NCBI RefSeq assembly: GCF_009914755.1
Contig: NC_060928.1
DNA: 64,000 bases
From: the human T2T-CHM13v2.0 reference genome, Homo sapiens
Strand: one strand, 5' to 3'
Below, in pieces: positions 19,044 through 32,340 of the stretch. Under the pieces are notes generated by a model. That model saw only the letters and a list, made by a program, of their open reading frames with translations. It searched no databases and was not told where the DNA came from. Position 1 is the stretch's first letter. The number at the start of each line of letters is the position of its first letter. The position numbers and the translations under genes are program-made.

Positions 19044-19779
19044 AATTAACATTCATTGAGTCGCTTCTCTAGGGAGCTAAACCTATTTCTTAGAAATAGA
19101 ACACATCTGGAAGTAAAATTCTTCTTTTCAGGGTTCAAGAGGACTACTTAGGAAATTCCAATTCAGAACATCACACAGTATCTAGCCTTCTGAAAAAGTT
19201 AATGTAGTTTCCAGAAGAGTTCAGCATATTAAGCAGTGTCAACAGAAAGCGGCTGGATTACAAAACATAATCGCCAAACAGCTGCACTGGGAATAGCATC
19301 ACTCAAATGATCTATTACCATCAGAAAACTGCTGCAAGAGAACCCTATGGCTGACGAGCCTCGTATCCCCAAACAGCACTGCCCTCAAAATAGAATACCA
19401 GACCAGGTACAAAGCAACATTTAAGACATGGCAACTGAGGTCCAAGGTAAGTACATGCCAGACAAACAGGGAAAAAAATTGACCAAATTTAAGAGAAGCA
19501 TTAAATTTAGGAAAAGCTTCAAAATTATTCATTCAAAAAAATTTTTACTCTGAAAATATGCAGAGGCATATAAATTAGCTTTGTGGCTTTTGAAAGTTTG
19601 TTTTTTTCTAAATAGTCTAAATAAACAATAATCATTTTTCAGTTTAAATTACTTGAAGACTTAATTAAATCACCCCAGTTGAATAAGTGATGTGACTTAT
19701 TTCCAAAAAATATTTTTTGGCTTTATTAAAAAAAAAAAACTTCTGAATTTTCTATAGTAACTATGCAATGGGACACATT

Positions 19780-20015
19780 TGTTAAAAATACAAAAATCTA
19801 GATTAAAACTGCTTGGGATCAAATCTCAATTCTGCTAGTCACTAACCTTGTGGTCCTGGTTAAGTTACCTAATCTCCCTAGGTTCTTTATCTGTAAGCCG
19901 TGTATAATTAATAATTACAGCACCTGCTCATAGATGTGCTTTGAGGATTAAGTGGATTTGTGCATATAAAAGCACTTATAAAGATGCCTTGTACACAATA
20001 ACTGCCCAATAAATG
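19780..20015 (+). mobile_element. MIR SINE
   Basis: GGGATCAAATCTCAATTCTGC...AAGTTACCTAATCTCCCT...TTGAGGATTAAGTG core. Confidence 0.75.
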
Positions 20016-20453
20016 CTTATGATATTTATGCTACGATAACTAGTCATGGCAACATACAATCTGTTTATAGTTACCATTTTGAATGACTTTCTATGGGGAA
20101 TCTTAATGCCTCGGTATCAGTGAACATGAGGTCTCTGGTGAAACATCATTGCACTCTCTCCCAGCCTTCTCTCATTTTGTTGTTTCCCTTAATTTTAATA
20201 AAACCAAAGTCATGCTTTTCAAATATACATGTAACTAAGCATGGAGAAAAGGGACTCTTGGAAGATAGACTCGAGATTTAAAATGACCTGCATACATTGT
20301 AGTGCTGGACTGTAAGTGCTGTGACAAAATGCACAGAAAGAATAGAAGGATGTTCCACATTTGGGATCAGAAAAACCAAACGCAGAAACACACGATAATG
20401 GGGACATGGGTCTAAAGGTGCAGACACAATTGGATGTTCCAATCATGCTGTTC

Positions 20454-20755
<302 letters not shown>

Positions 20756-20929
20756 CCAACCATGCTCTTCTAAAGGTAAGTCTATTTTTATTGATGTGGA
20801 AATCATGCTTCCAACAGAAGGAGAAAACCAATGACTAAGGTACGGGGGAGTGGGAGGAGTTCAAATTCACTCCCAAGCTTTCATTAATAAAGACCACATC
20901 ATGTTACCTCTCAAGACCTCTTTATCTAT

Positions 20930-21430
20930 GTATACTGAATTAATCCATCTTAGTGTGAGTAGAAAGAGTGAAGAAAGCCCAGGACTAAGGCCTAAAAATC
21001 TGCAGTATTGAGGAACACAATAAAGAATGAGTGGCTAGCAAAGAACATAAATGAAACAATTGGCAGGGGGGTCAGAAAGTAGGGTGTCATGGAAGCTGAG
21101 AGGAGACCATGTTTCCAAGACAAAATAGTTAACTGATTATTGAATGCTAACAACAACAAAAAATCTACTGAAAGAGAAGTGCCCTTTGGGTTGAGTCCCC
21201 GAAAAGGCACTAGTGATCACATGTTACAGGACTGATGAGGTCGTGGTACAGTGAGATAAGAAGGAAACAGGAGATGAGAAGGGGAGGTATCATATGTGGA
21301 CCATTTGACAATTAATTGACGAGAAGCTGGGGTGTCAGGAGATCAGAACCATTCCTAGCAGAGCGTGTAGGACAGAGAAGGGTTTTCTCTGAAAAGAGAC
21401 TCTTGAACACTTCTGAAACCTGACAGATCT
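20930..21430 (-). mobile_element. L2 fragment
   Basis: GTGTCATGGAAGCTGAGAGGAGACCATGTTTCCAAG resembles the L2 copy at 910. Confidence 0.65.
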
Positions 21431-22600
21431 GTAAGAGAAGGAAGATCAGAGAGTAATCAGATCCCCACAACCCCTCAATAGAGAAGGCAGGGCACACAGC
21501 ATATTGGAGAGGGATGGTCAAGGACAGCCCTGGCCTGGCTTCCCTGAGCGAGGACTTGCTGGGCGAGAAAGAGATTTCTAGCTTTCATGACATGCAGCTG
21601 AGGTCCTACAGTTTAGGTTACACTATTAGAGCTTCCCCAGAACAAAAGTACAGCAGTATAACCAGAGCTGTGCGTGGGGAAGTGTGTGTGATTCAGCCTG
21701 CCACGTCCAGTGGAATGCACTGCTCCCTCATCCATAGGACTTCACGTGAGAATGTTTTGCATGTTGTATTGATTTTTCAACCTCTTAATAGCTACCATTT
21801 ATTTAAACCCTATCATGTCCCAGGTACTATAATGGACAGTTGAAAAATATTAATTTGCATCCTCATAGCAATATTATGTTATAAAAAGAGTATATGATCC
21901 TAGTCAGAGGAAATTTGCCATCTATACTCTTAGATGTTTAGTGCAAAATATCAAAAAGGAAAGATCTCAGCATTTAAAATCATCTAAACAAAGTCATAAA
22001 GTGCACAGATAATATAACAGTTGCAGGCAAATGCTGGCAATTGGTTCATTCATTGTGATATTCATTTAATGCCTACGATGCCAGAGTGTGTGAGAGGCGG
22101 CGAGGATGGATTCAACAGTAAACAAAGAAAGTCCCTGCTCCATGACGGACACTTGAGAATACTGCATCCACTTGAGGGAATGGTGCAAAAAGTTTTTTAT
22201 TGATTGAAGAGAACTCTAATATATACTGATATCGAATTTGACAAAGTTCTTCCTAAAAGCTGATTTAAATTAATAAGGTATTTACCAAGAATATGCATAT
22301 AATATTTTCCAAATTAAAATTAGATAATGCAATGTATTCATACCTTATAATTTGAGATCCTAGACAATACAGTTAAAACAAAATCAAGACTCTAGAACAT
22401 GGGACAATACATGTTAATCACTTACTGTTACCGAAGAAAGAATATATTGAAGAGAAAGAAATTAAGATGAAACCACTCAGGTGGGGGAAAAGAATTAAGA
22501 AGTTAGATTGTTTAAATTATCAAAAAGTAGATCACAAATGAATTCACTACCAAAAAAAACAATTTAAAAATCCACCACCACTACCATTACCTTCCTACAT

Positions 22601-22604
<4 letters not shown>

Positions 22605-22631
<27 letters not shown>
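22605..22631. repeat. (CA)n microsatellite
   Basis: Direct reading of the sequence. Confidence 0.95.
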
Positions 22632-22636
<5 letters not shown>

Positions 22637-23083
22637 ACTTAAAGTACATAAAATCCTGAGTACTCCTAGGCTTCTGGTAACAATACTGGCTGCTGGATAG
22701 GAAAGTAAAGGGGGTGAGGCGCTCTGGGAGCGTTAGCCTGGAGACAGTTGAAGGCTTGAATGGCAAGTCGGACGGCTTGGCTGCAACCCCGGCTCTGTGA
22801 CTTCCCTGATGTTTGACTTTGAGCAAGTTTCCATGCCCCTCTAATATGGGAGTAACGGTAATGTCTGTCCTGTAGTGTAAGGATTGAATGGATTAAATCA
22901 AAAGTAAAAGTTTATAAAAGTGTCTAGCATATAAACAGCACTTGGTTAAGCTATTGCTAATATTATTTCCACTGTTTTAAGTGTTTAACTTTATGCCAAA
23001 TGACTGATTTTTTAAGCAATTCAAACATTTTTATCATTTTGAAAGACTGACATTTTCCAGATTGCATAAATTGTGTTGTCAAG

Positions 23084-23336
23084 CACACATTGGCACACCA
23101 CACATACACACGCACACTCACACACATCACACAACTCAGTCACACACTCACACACATACACCACACATACGCACACTCACACACCAGTCACACTCATACA
23201 CCACACATACACACGCACTCACACACACATACATACACACCCACATACACACACACGCACACACACCACACATACACACGCAGACATACGCACACACTCA
23301 CACAGTCACACACACACATACACACGCACACTCACA
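23084..23336. repeat. Degenerate CA-rich low-complexity tract
   Basis: CACAC/CATAC/CTCAC repeats; source of the His/Thr-rich spurious ORFs. Confidence 0.9.
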
Positions 23337-24469
23337 TTTTGGGTCACTGCATTAATTCCATATGATATCTAAGAAGCATTTGCCTCCAGTGAGTTACCAT
23401 AACTCTTCCTCCCAGTGAGCGTTTTTCTAAAGAATTTATTACCATTTGCGAGGAAAGAGTCCCCACATGATACATCATTTCAACTTCTGATTGAAAAACA
23501 ATTGCTACATTTAAGCATGAATATGTAACTTGTGGTAGTGATTATGAGGGGTGACCTAGTTTCATGAAAAAGCACCCCATTATTTTGTTTCTGCTTACAA
23601 AAAGTATCAGAAAAGTCAGGGACCATTAAGTAAAATGTAAAAAATAAGACATAAGCTGCACGCAGTAAAAATATAATGTGCTATTCACTGTTTAATATTT
23701 GTTAAAATGATTCCATCAGTTCAAGGACTGCCTGTGTATTTCCTGTTTTACTTTCTGCTTTCTTTTTGTTCCAGAGAAATCAGGCACGAGTTACTGGAAA
23801 TGCTATTTTTAAAGTTTATTAAAGAGATTTGATGAAAAAGAAAATAGTTTCTTTAATTTCTTATACTCAGGTTTGCTCTTTGGAATAATTCCTGATTAGG
23901 GACAAATATTCACTGGAAGCTCTCCTTGTGTGCAGCATGTCAGGATGGAAAGAATGAGGACTTGGGGGCTGGAGTAAAACTTTGCTTTCCATTTGCAGCC
24001 GACGGCCAGTTGAGTGAGCATACTTCATCTATCTTATTTCTTTACCTTCATGTCCTTGTCTATTAAATTAGGGCATTTGACCAACTGATTTCCAAGTTAT
24101 CTTTAGCATAATCTATAATATTAAGAAAAAAACTATGTGTTTTCAGAAACTCTAAAATATAAAAGCTTATTGTATCAAAATGAATAAGTTGATTCTCCAT
24201 CAATATGTTGTGAATTTAACAAAATATTTCTTATTCAAATTATGTAATAATACATTTTCAACTAAGATTCACTATCTGGAACTTCTGGGGCCTTCCAGAA
24301 TAGCACTAGCATGTAATTAATAATAAATAGGATGTTAAGATATAATAATGATACATTTGTCCTCTTTGATTGAACACCAGTAACTCAAGACCTCTTTGAT
24401 ATGACAAAAGAACAAAAGAACCTGGGGAGAACACGTAAACCTAAGTTTGAAAATGAGCACGGATGTTCC

Positions 24470-24966
24470 TTACCTTCAACACAAACCCAGACAACAGCGG
24501 CAGTGTGCGCGGCCTCCCGGCCCTTTACCTTCAACACAAACCCGGACAACAGCGGCAGTGTGCGCGGCCTCCCGGCCCTTTACCTTCAACACAAACCCAC
24601 ACAACAGCGGCAGTGTGCGCGGCCTCCCGGCGGCAGTGGGCGTGGCCTCCCGCGGCAGTGTGCGTGACCTCCCACGTCAGTGTGCGTGAACTCCCGCGGC
24701 AGTGTGCGTGACCTCCCACGTTAGTGTGCGTGACCTCCCGCGGCAGTGTGCGTGACCTCCCACGTCAGTGTGCGTGAACTCCCGCGGCAGTGTGCGTGAC
24801 CTCCCGGCGGCAGTGTGCGTGACCTCCCACGTCAGTGTGCGTGAACTCCCGCGGCAGTGTGCGTGACCTCGTGGCGGCAGTGTACGTGGCCTACTGGCGG
24901 GAATGTGCGTGACCTCCAGGCCCTTTACCTTTGCCTGTGACCTCCCGGCCCTTTACCTTTGCCTGT
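24470..24966. repeat. Compound CpG-rich minisatellite: 3 x 55 bp, about 12 x 21-24 bp, 2 x 28 bp
   Basis: TTACCTTCAACACAAACCC at 24470, 24525 and 24580; then CAGTGTGCGTGA(C/A)CTCCC units; then GTGACCTCC.GGCCCTTTACCTTTGCCT twice. Confidence 0.95.
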
Positions 24967-25361
24967 AACTTTCCCAGATTGCTTGTAAGTACGTGCAACG
25001 CTTTAAGACGTGACTTAGATTCTTTCAAAAATGTAGACTCCCCCAGGAAATAACTACTTCATCTTTTAGAATTGCACATAAATGATTTTTAAGATTCTTG
25101 AGTCTTCCAGAGTGGGAGAACGCACAGAACTGGAAACCTCGGGGAGATGCGACAACCTTTGTGTCCACCCCACTTTGCTGTGAGCCAGTTCCCTCAGGAA
25201 CAATGTAGCCCAGTGGTGTGCCCTGTGTTTACTGCTGAAAATTCAGGAGAGAAACAAACCAGCCAACAATCAGAGTGAGCAAATCACTTCTATCCTACCT
25301 CTCATGAAATAATAGAATTTTTTAAAAAAGGAAAAAAAAATTCAAGAAAGAGTATAAGAAG

Positions 25362-25720
25362 GTCTCTAAATCAGTTTGGGATGCTATAACGAAAAATACC
25401 ACAGACTGGGTGGCTTAAACAACACACATTTATTTCTCAAAGTTCTGTAGGCTGAGAGGACCAAATCGCTGGCAGATGCAGTGCCTGGTGAAGGCTGCAT
25501 CCGCGTGAGACGTGCTGTCTCCTCATTGTGTCCCACGTGGCAGGGGGAGCAGAGAGGAAGCCTGCTCTCATGGTCTTCTCATAAGAACACTAATCCCACC
25601 ATGAGGTCTCTGGCCTCATAACATCTGCACCCAAAGGCCCTGTCTCCAAATACCATCACAATGGGGACTAGGGGGCCCATATAAGAATTGTGGAGGGACA
25701 GAAATATTCAATCCACAGCA
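25362..25720 (-). mobile_element. MLT1A/B-like MaLR solo LTR
   Basis: AAATACCACAGACTGGGTGGCTTAAACAAC...TTTATTTCTC...ATTCAATCCACAGCA. Confidence 0.85.
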
Positions 25721-26132
25721 GGAGGCCTGCAGAATTCCTAAAAGAAAGAAAGTGTATTAAGCCAACAAAGAAAGAATATGGGGGAAAACAGCCTGGAAGA
25801 AATCTGAAAGACAATTATGAGAAAATGCTATTGACTAGACATGGGTTTTGAGGAGCTCCGAGTTAAGGCTCCACAGATAAAAACTGCTCTGGGATAGTTG
25901 TGGTGGGTAGTTAACATGGTAACCACAACAGAAGCACCTGGACCCCTCTGGCCCCTACATCTTCTTCCCCTTTACGGAGCAGTGGTCGGGAAGAGCATTT
26001 GCCCCTGAGAAGGCAGGAAGTGAGATTTCCTGAGCAAGAGAATGAGGAGCGTGCCCAGGGAGCTGCTAGCATCCGAGAAAGAACTCATCCATCCTGAGAG
26101 CCCTCAAATAGCGCCTCACCTGCAGTTGCTAC

Positions 26133-26244
26133 CCACGACTGACTCCTAGAAACAGAAGACCCCAACAGACCATGACTGACTCCTAGAAACACAAGAGCCC
26201 AATGGACCATGACTGACTCCTAGAAACACAAGAGCCCAGTGGAC
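26133..26244. repeat. 37-bp tandem repeat x3
   Basis: CCA(C/T)GACTGACTCCTAGAAACA at 26133, 26170 and 26207. Confidence 0.9.
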
Positions 26245-26763
26245 AAGGATTTCAAAGGAAAAGACAAATCCACAAGCATTTGGGCAAACCCTGTGCCAGG
26301 AGTCAAATACACCAAACTCGATGGAAAGAAGCACTAACAGCAACCTAATTAATAAATATAACAAGTGTAACTAATTATGACAAGGATATTAGAGAAGATT
26401 ATTTATACCTTACAAAGAAATACCTGGTCATCTCAGAATCTTTTAAATATAATTGTCAAAAAATTCATGGGTGATCTAAAAGGTAAAATGCACTCAATTG
26501 AAAAGCAAATTAGTTGAAATATTTTTAAAAAGATTCTCCCAGGAAACTAGCCAAAAGATCCAAATGTGGAAAGTGTTTGAGAGTTAGAAGCACAAAGAAT
26601 ATTCCAAAATCTTAGAAATGCCCATGGGAGAAGTGCCAATGGAAAGTGGAAATAATTACAGAAATGATAGAAATCGATTTCTAAAAGCTGAAAAACAACT
26701 CAAGTCTCCAAATTTATAAGGGCCACTGAGTGTCAAGAAGGATAAATAAAAAATAATGAGAGA

Positions 26764-27070
<307 letters not shown>

Positions 27071-28007
27071 CTAATTTAGTCCATGTTTTACACCAAAAGT
27101 ACAAGTTGAGGGGTACTTAAAAATTGGTGTATTAATGTGTGCGTGTGTGATATATGTAACACGGATCCCTCCATAATGTATCAGGAGAAGGCTCAAAAGG
27201 AACACAAGTAACTATTAATAGTGGAACTTCTGGGAAAATGAGTAGATTAAAAAAAGAAGAGAAGAGTGAAGTTCTTCACATAACTTTATGTGGATTGCTT
27301 GAATCTTTTATAATTAAAATGCCTTCGTGTATTATTTGACTTAATCCGAAACTAATTGAAGAAAATTAGTACTATTTTAATTGATTAATACCCTTTTAAA
27401 TAGAAATTTTAAATTAACATTTAAATAATAGTATTTTACTTAATATTAAAAGTAAGATAATTTAAAATTTAATAACTAGGAATATAAGAAAATAATATGA
27501 AATATTCCACCACTTAATATTTAAATTCATATCAGATATATAAAATGTGACAACTAAAAGAACTTTCATTATTAGAGGAAATTTGGAATAGTAGGTCTTG
27601 TTAACTAGTAAATGCTTATAATGCCATACCAAATATTGAGCTTTCAGAAAGTCACACTAACAAGAATAAGAAATTCTATAGCCAAAGTCTTTCAATAATA
27701 TGTTGGACATGGTGCCTGCACATATTAAAGGAAATGGCATAAATTAAAGGGCCCCACAAGTTAAAAATAAATAAAAAGACTTGTATCAATTTCTCCAACA
27801 AAAATAGCCTTATAACAAGTAGATCTGGTTTGCTTAGGAAGAAGTAACAGAGAATTTAAATATCTTTCAGAAAGAGAGACATGAAAGATCATCCAGGCTT
27901 TTCTTTGAAATGAAAGTATTTATTAGCTAGCACTAGATTAACTTTCAATAAAATACAGGAGCCCAACCTCGCTTCTTAAAATTAAGTTAATTTTAAAAAG
28001 GACCCTT

Positions 28008-28225
28008 GGCTGGGTGTAGTGGCTCACTCCTGTAATCCCAGCACTTTGGTAAGCCAAGGTGGGAGTATCGCTTGAGCCCAGGAGTTAGAGACCATCCTGG
28101 GCAACATGGTGAGATCCCATCGTTACAAAAAAAATACAGAAATTAGCCAGGCATGGTGGTGCATGACTGCGGTCCCAGCTATTTGAGAGGGAAAAATTGG
28201 AGGATTTAAAAAAAAAAAAAAAAAA
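28008..28225 (+). mobile_element. AluJ-like element lacking most of the right monomer, with poly(A) and TSD-like flanks
   Basis: ATCGCTTGAGCCCAGGAGTT is J-type. Flanks AAAAAGGACCC (27995) and AAAAAGCACCC (28221). Confidence 0.85.
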
Positions 28226-29479
28226 GCACCCAGACCATCAGCATGTGTTAGTTATAGCACCTGGACATGGATACTCAGCAACACTTTCTGAGTGAACGAG
28301 GAACGGGCTCTGATAATCCCCTGGCGTGCCCACATTGGATTGGTGATGCTGATGGACACTGCATGAGCAAAATGCCCTCTAAATTGAGCAGTACTTTGCT
28401 TTCACGGCCATGTCCACCACAAACCAGCTGTAAAGATCCTAAGCAAATAATTTCCTGATTTTATAACATTAATATTTGTCTTGATTATCTTCCCACTTCA
28501 AAAGAGATGGTCATATGAAGTATATGCTAGTGTTCTAGGTAAAAGGAATATTACGTAATGATATAAATCATTCCAGTACAATGTCATAATTGCTACACAG
28601 TACTCTCCTTTTCAATATTTCAGCAACAAAACAGATTTTTACATGACTTTTGCTCTGCAGACAGTGAGTAGTCAAGGCAGAAAGCACTGGAATTTCCAAA
28701 CATTTTATCTGCGTCTTGTAAAATCACATGAATGATGAGACCTCATGAACAATAATTTGGGTCAGGTGACATGGTGTGTCTGCACATACAACATGCAGGC
28801 TCAATCTTTAACCACTCGGGTTAGCCTGTAACATTGGAAAAAAAAAAAAAAGAAAGAAAATGAGGGCAGGGAAATTCGCCACGAGCAAGGGACACAGTGT
28901 GACGGCCACAGAGAAAGTGAAGGAAGTTAGAGACGGGCACAAAGTTGCCATTCACACCCAACAGAAGATTTAAATCTGAGCTTCTGATTACTGATTGCTT
29001 TGTTCACTCCTGTATACAACGAGGGAGGAAATTAATCAGTTCTTTTTTTTACCACAAGATTAGAAACAACTATTCAAAAGAAAAGGGGATGCTGATCACT
29101 CACTAAGTAATCTGATAACTTTTTAAATTCCACCCTAAATAGACAAGCCCTAAGTCATTCTTTCACAATCATAAAAAGGCTTCACATTGCTTATGGACAA
29201 TATGTCTTTGGTTACAAAAAAAATAGTTTGAAAAATAAGGTAGATAAACTTTGTACTCAAGTGAAATTGAAACACTACACGAAATGCTTACGCTGTATGG
29301 AATTTAAAGGTATTTTGCATGGATATATATCAAAGGCCAAATTAGCAATTCTAAAAAATGTGATAACGTGCATTCACTAAGTTTTAGTGAGTCTTACAGC
29401 ATGCATAGATACTGACTTACACAGGTGTCTATAAAGTAATGAGCAACTCTACAAGCTCCATATAAAAATTAATAACAAT

Positions 29480-29705
29480 ATCACCCTATGTATTAATCAC
29501 ACCTCTATACACTTTACATGTGTTAACTTATTCACTCCTCACAACAACCCAATGAAGTAGCTGCTATGATTATACCCATTTCAAAATGTAAAAAATGAGG
29601 CACAAAAAAGTTAAAAACTAAAACTGTCCAAAAACCAGCTCTGAAGATGTAGAATCTGGATCCCAATCTAGAATCTAGAAGCAGAGTTACAACCACTGCA
29701 TGATA
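29480..29705 (-). mobile_element. MIR SINE
   Basis: CTCCTCACAACAACCCAATGAAGTAG...CCCATTTCAAAATG...TGAGGCAC. Confidence 0.75.
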
Positions 29706-31649
29706 TCTTGCTCCATGCCTCATGCAAACATGCAGCCCTAGTCACATTGCAATTTATAATATAAGCCATCAAGAAGAATGTTTACTGGAGTGGAAAGGGT
29801 TAAGACTATGAGAGGAATAGATGGTCAAAGAGCGACTCTGAACTAAGTAGTCTCAGGGTGGCTATATCTTATATAAATAAGATTATGAGTCCTATGAAGA
29901 AGTCAACATAGGCGAAAGTACACTGAGATTGGGACCCAAGCATTGACCTGGTAACACTGAAGATGAGTTGGTTATTTTAAAAAATTATCCTAAATTCAGA
30001 CAGTTATAAAGGATTTAATTTCCAGCCTATGTTAATACTGAAAAATTTAAATAATTGATTACATTATTAGCTTAAGTATATCCAGTGATATTTACATACT
30101 ATATAAAACTAAGCCTTTATAAATAAGCTTTTCTCACAGCCAGAAATTTTACATTGCTTTTTTCTCCTTAAATCCATTTTCATCCCCACAGAATTTTTTT
30201 TATGTAACATACTTGTGCTTAAAAGTCTTTTATTGATAACCCAATCATATTCTGCAAGCAATATTCTAGATATAAATTTAAATTTGTTATACTTAGTATT
30301 TCATGTGACCATAAGTCACGTAAATATTTAAGAAGTTCTTCAGAATTGTATTATCATTACGGTTATTATTAGAACTCAATTTTAAAAACATATAAATATT
30401 TTTTAGATTTTAAGTGATCGATAAACCTGAAGTCAGTTATTATTGGAAATGCATCTCTTCATGAGATGAATGGAGCTTATTTTTTCCAGTGGGTCACATT
30501 TCCACAGATGTTACTGCTACAATGAGGTCGGATTCAACATCCGTTTTATTCCTACTTTTCACTTTTATAGATGTAATTTCTAAAACCTTGTTCCCATAAA
30601 CAAGTAGATGGAAATTGAAGGAGTTTGTTTATAGCAACGTCACTCAATGGTTTTAAATCCTTTTGAAGTATATGCTGAAAATTCCATAATCATTTACATT
30701 AACAACAATCATAGGTAATTATCTAGCAGCTTCTCCTCCAGAGCAAAGAAGTGGACCCTACCTGGCCCACGAAAGCATTTTCACGCAGTCATCGGAGTCA
30801 TTTTCATGCAGTCGTCATCAGAGCCATGAACTCTCTCAACAGTGATATCCCTCGTCCTTCCTTTAGGGCTACTCCAGGTTTTTATAACTTGGGTCAGGCT
30901 CCCAGAAAGATTCATACCTGGGAAGACGTGCTTTCCAACTGGGAACGGGGAGGCAGGAAAGGAAAGGCCAGTTCTTTCATGTCAGGCTTGTTCTCAGGGA
31001 GATTAATTTTAGGAGAAACTAAAATGAAGCTAGGATCTGAAAGTGATCTCTCTTATACGAAGTCTCGCACCTGTTGAAAAGCCTTTGGTTACCCCCAAGA
31101 TATGCATTCCCGTGTGAGTTCAGGTCTGTGGGTTTGGGAGCGTGTGGGAAGGACACGCCCCCAGTTAGCCTCAGTCTCCCCTTCTGTGAAGGGGGAGGTA
31201 GCGATCCTGCATCCTTGTGACGACAGTGACAGTGTCTGGCGCATGGAGCTTGACACCAAGCTGACACTCAGTGGCTGAGCATCTTCCCTTGTGCTTGTCA
31301 CTGCAGCTCAGGCTTCCTGTGTCCTCTTCCCAGGGTCACCTCGAGGCCTGTCTCCTGTGGCTCTGCTCTGGGGTTAAAATGTCTTCCTGCCACCTTCCTG
31401 CTCTCCCAGTCCCGAGTGGCCGCATCCCTGCTTAGCACAGTCTCCTGTTTTCTTTCCATCATAGCGTCTAACCTTACATGATTGTCTCATCTTGTTTTGT
31501 CTTGTTTGCTTGTTTCCTTTTATTACGTGTTGCCGACCCCTGGAAGGTTGGCTCTGTAGAGCAGGATGCCATCTGCCCAGAGCCTTGAGTGGCGCCCGGC
31601 AGAGGAGAGCTGTTGTAAATGATTGTTTGATGAAGTAAAGGAGTGAGTG

Positions 31650-31860
31650 AATGCATTAGTTTGCCATGGCTGCCATAGCAAAGCACCATAGACCGAGTGG
31701 CTTAAACCACAGACATGTATTTCCTCACAGTCCTGGAAGCTGGAAGTCTAAGATCAAGGTGTTGGCAGGGCCAGTTTCTTCCGGGGTCTGTCTCGTTGAT
31801 GTGCAGGTGATGGCCTTCCCTCCTTGCCCTCCCTCGGTCTGTGTTCATGTGCCTTCCTCT
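31650..31860 (-). mobile_element. MLT1-type MaLR LTR fragment
   Basis: TGCATTAGTTTGCCATGGCTGCCATAGCAAAGCACCATAGACCGAGTGGCTTAAAC...AAGATCAAGGTGTTGGCAGGG. Confidence 0.85.
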
Positions 31861-31874
31861 CCTCTGCTTCTAGG

Positions 31875-32340
31875 AGCCCTGTGCACAAACGTTCGTAGCA
31901 ACTGTATTTTTAATGGCCAGAGATGAGACACAGTCCAGTGCCCATGCGCTGGGGAATGGACGAATGTATCGCGGGACACCTGCATGAGAAATTCACTCAG
32001 CAATGAGAAAGAACAGCTGACAGCGAAACGGCACAGGTGAACCTGGAAGCAAGATGGTAAGTGATAGACGCCAGAAACAAACACCCTGCAGAAGTGGGTC
32101 CATCTATGTGACACTGCAGGAAAGGCAAGACTTTAAGGACAGAAAGTAGATCAGTGGTTGCCAGGAGCTGAGGCTAGAGAAGGGGATTGACTTCAAAGGG
32201 GAGTGATTTGATGGGAGCTGGAAAACTGCTATAATTTCATTGTGCTTATGGTTACTGGAGTATATATACTTGTCAAAACCCATCAACTGTACACTTAAAA
32301 TGGGTAAATTATATATAAATTTAACTCAATAAAATGGATT
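31875..32340 (+). mobile_element. L1MB/L1MC-like 3' end
   Basis: AGATCAGTGGTTGCCAGG...TTGTCAAAACCCATCAACTGTACACTTAAAATGG...CTCAATAAA. Confidence 0.8.

Noticed and set aside
23062-23372. His/Thr-rich ORFs in three frames
   Set aside because: Translation of CA-rich low-complexity DNA.
28600-29160. Repeat-free stretch with homeobox- and E-box-like words, a possible conserved enhancer
   Set aside because: Short motifs only; it cannot be supported without conservation or chromatin data.
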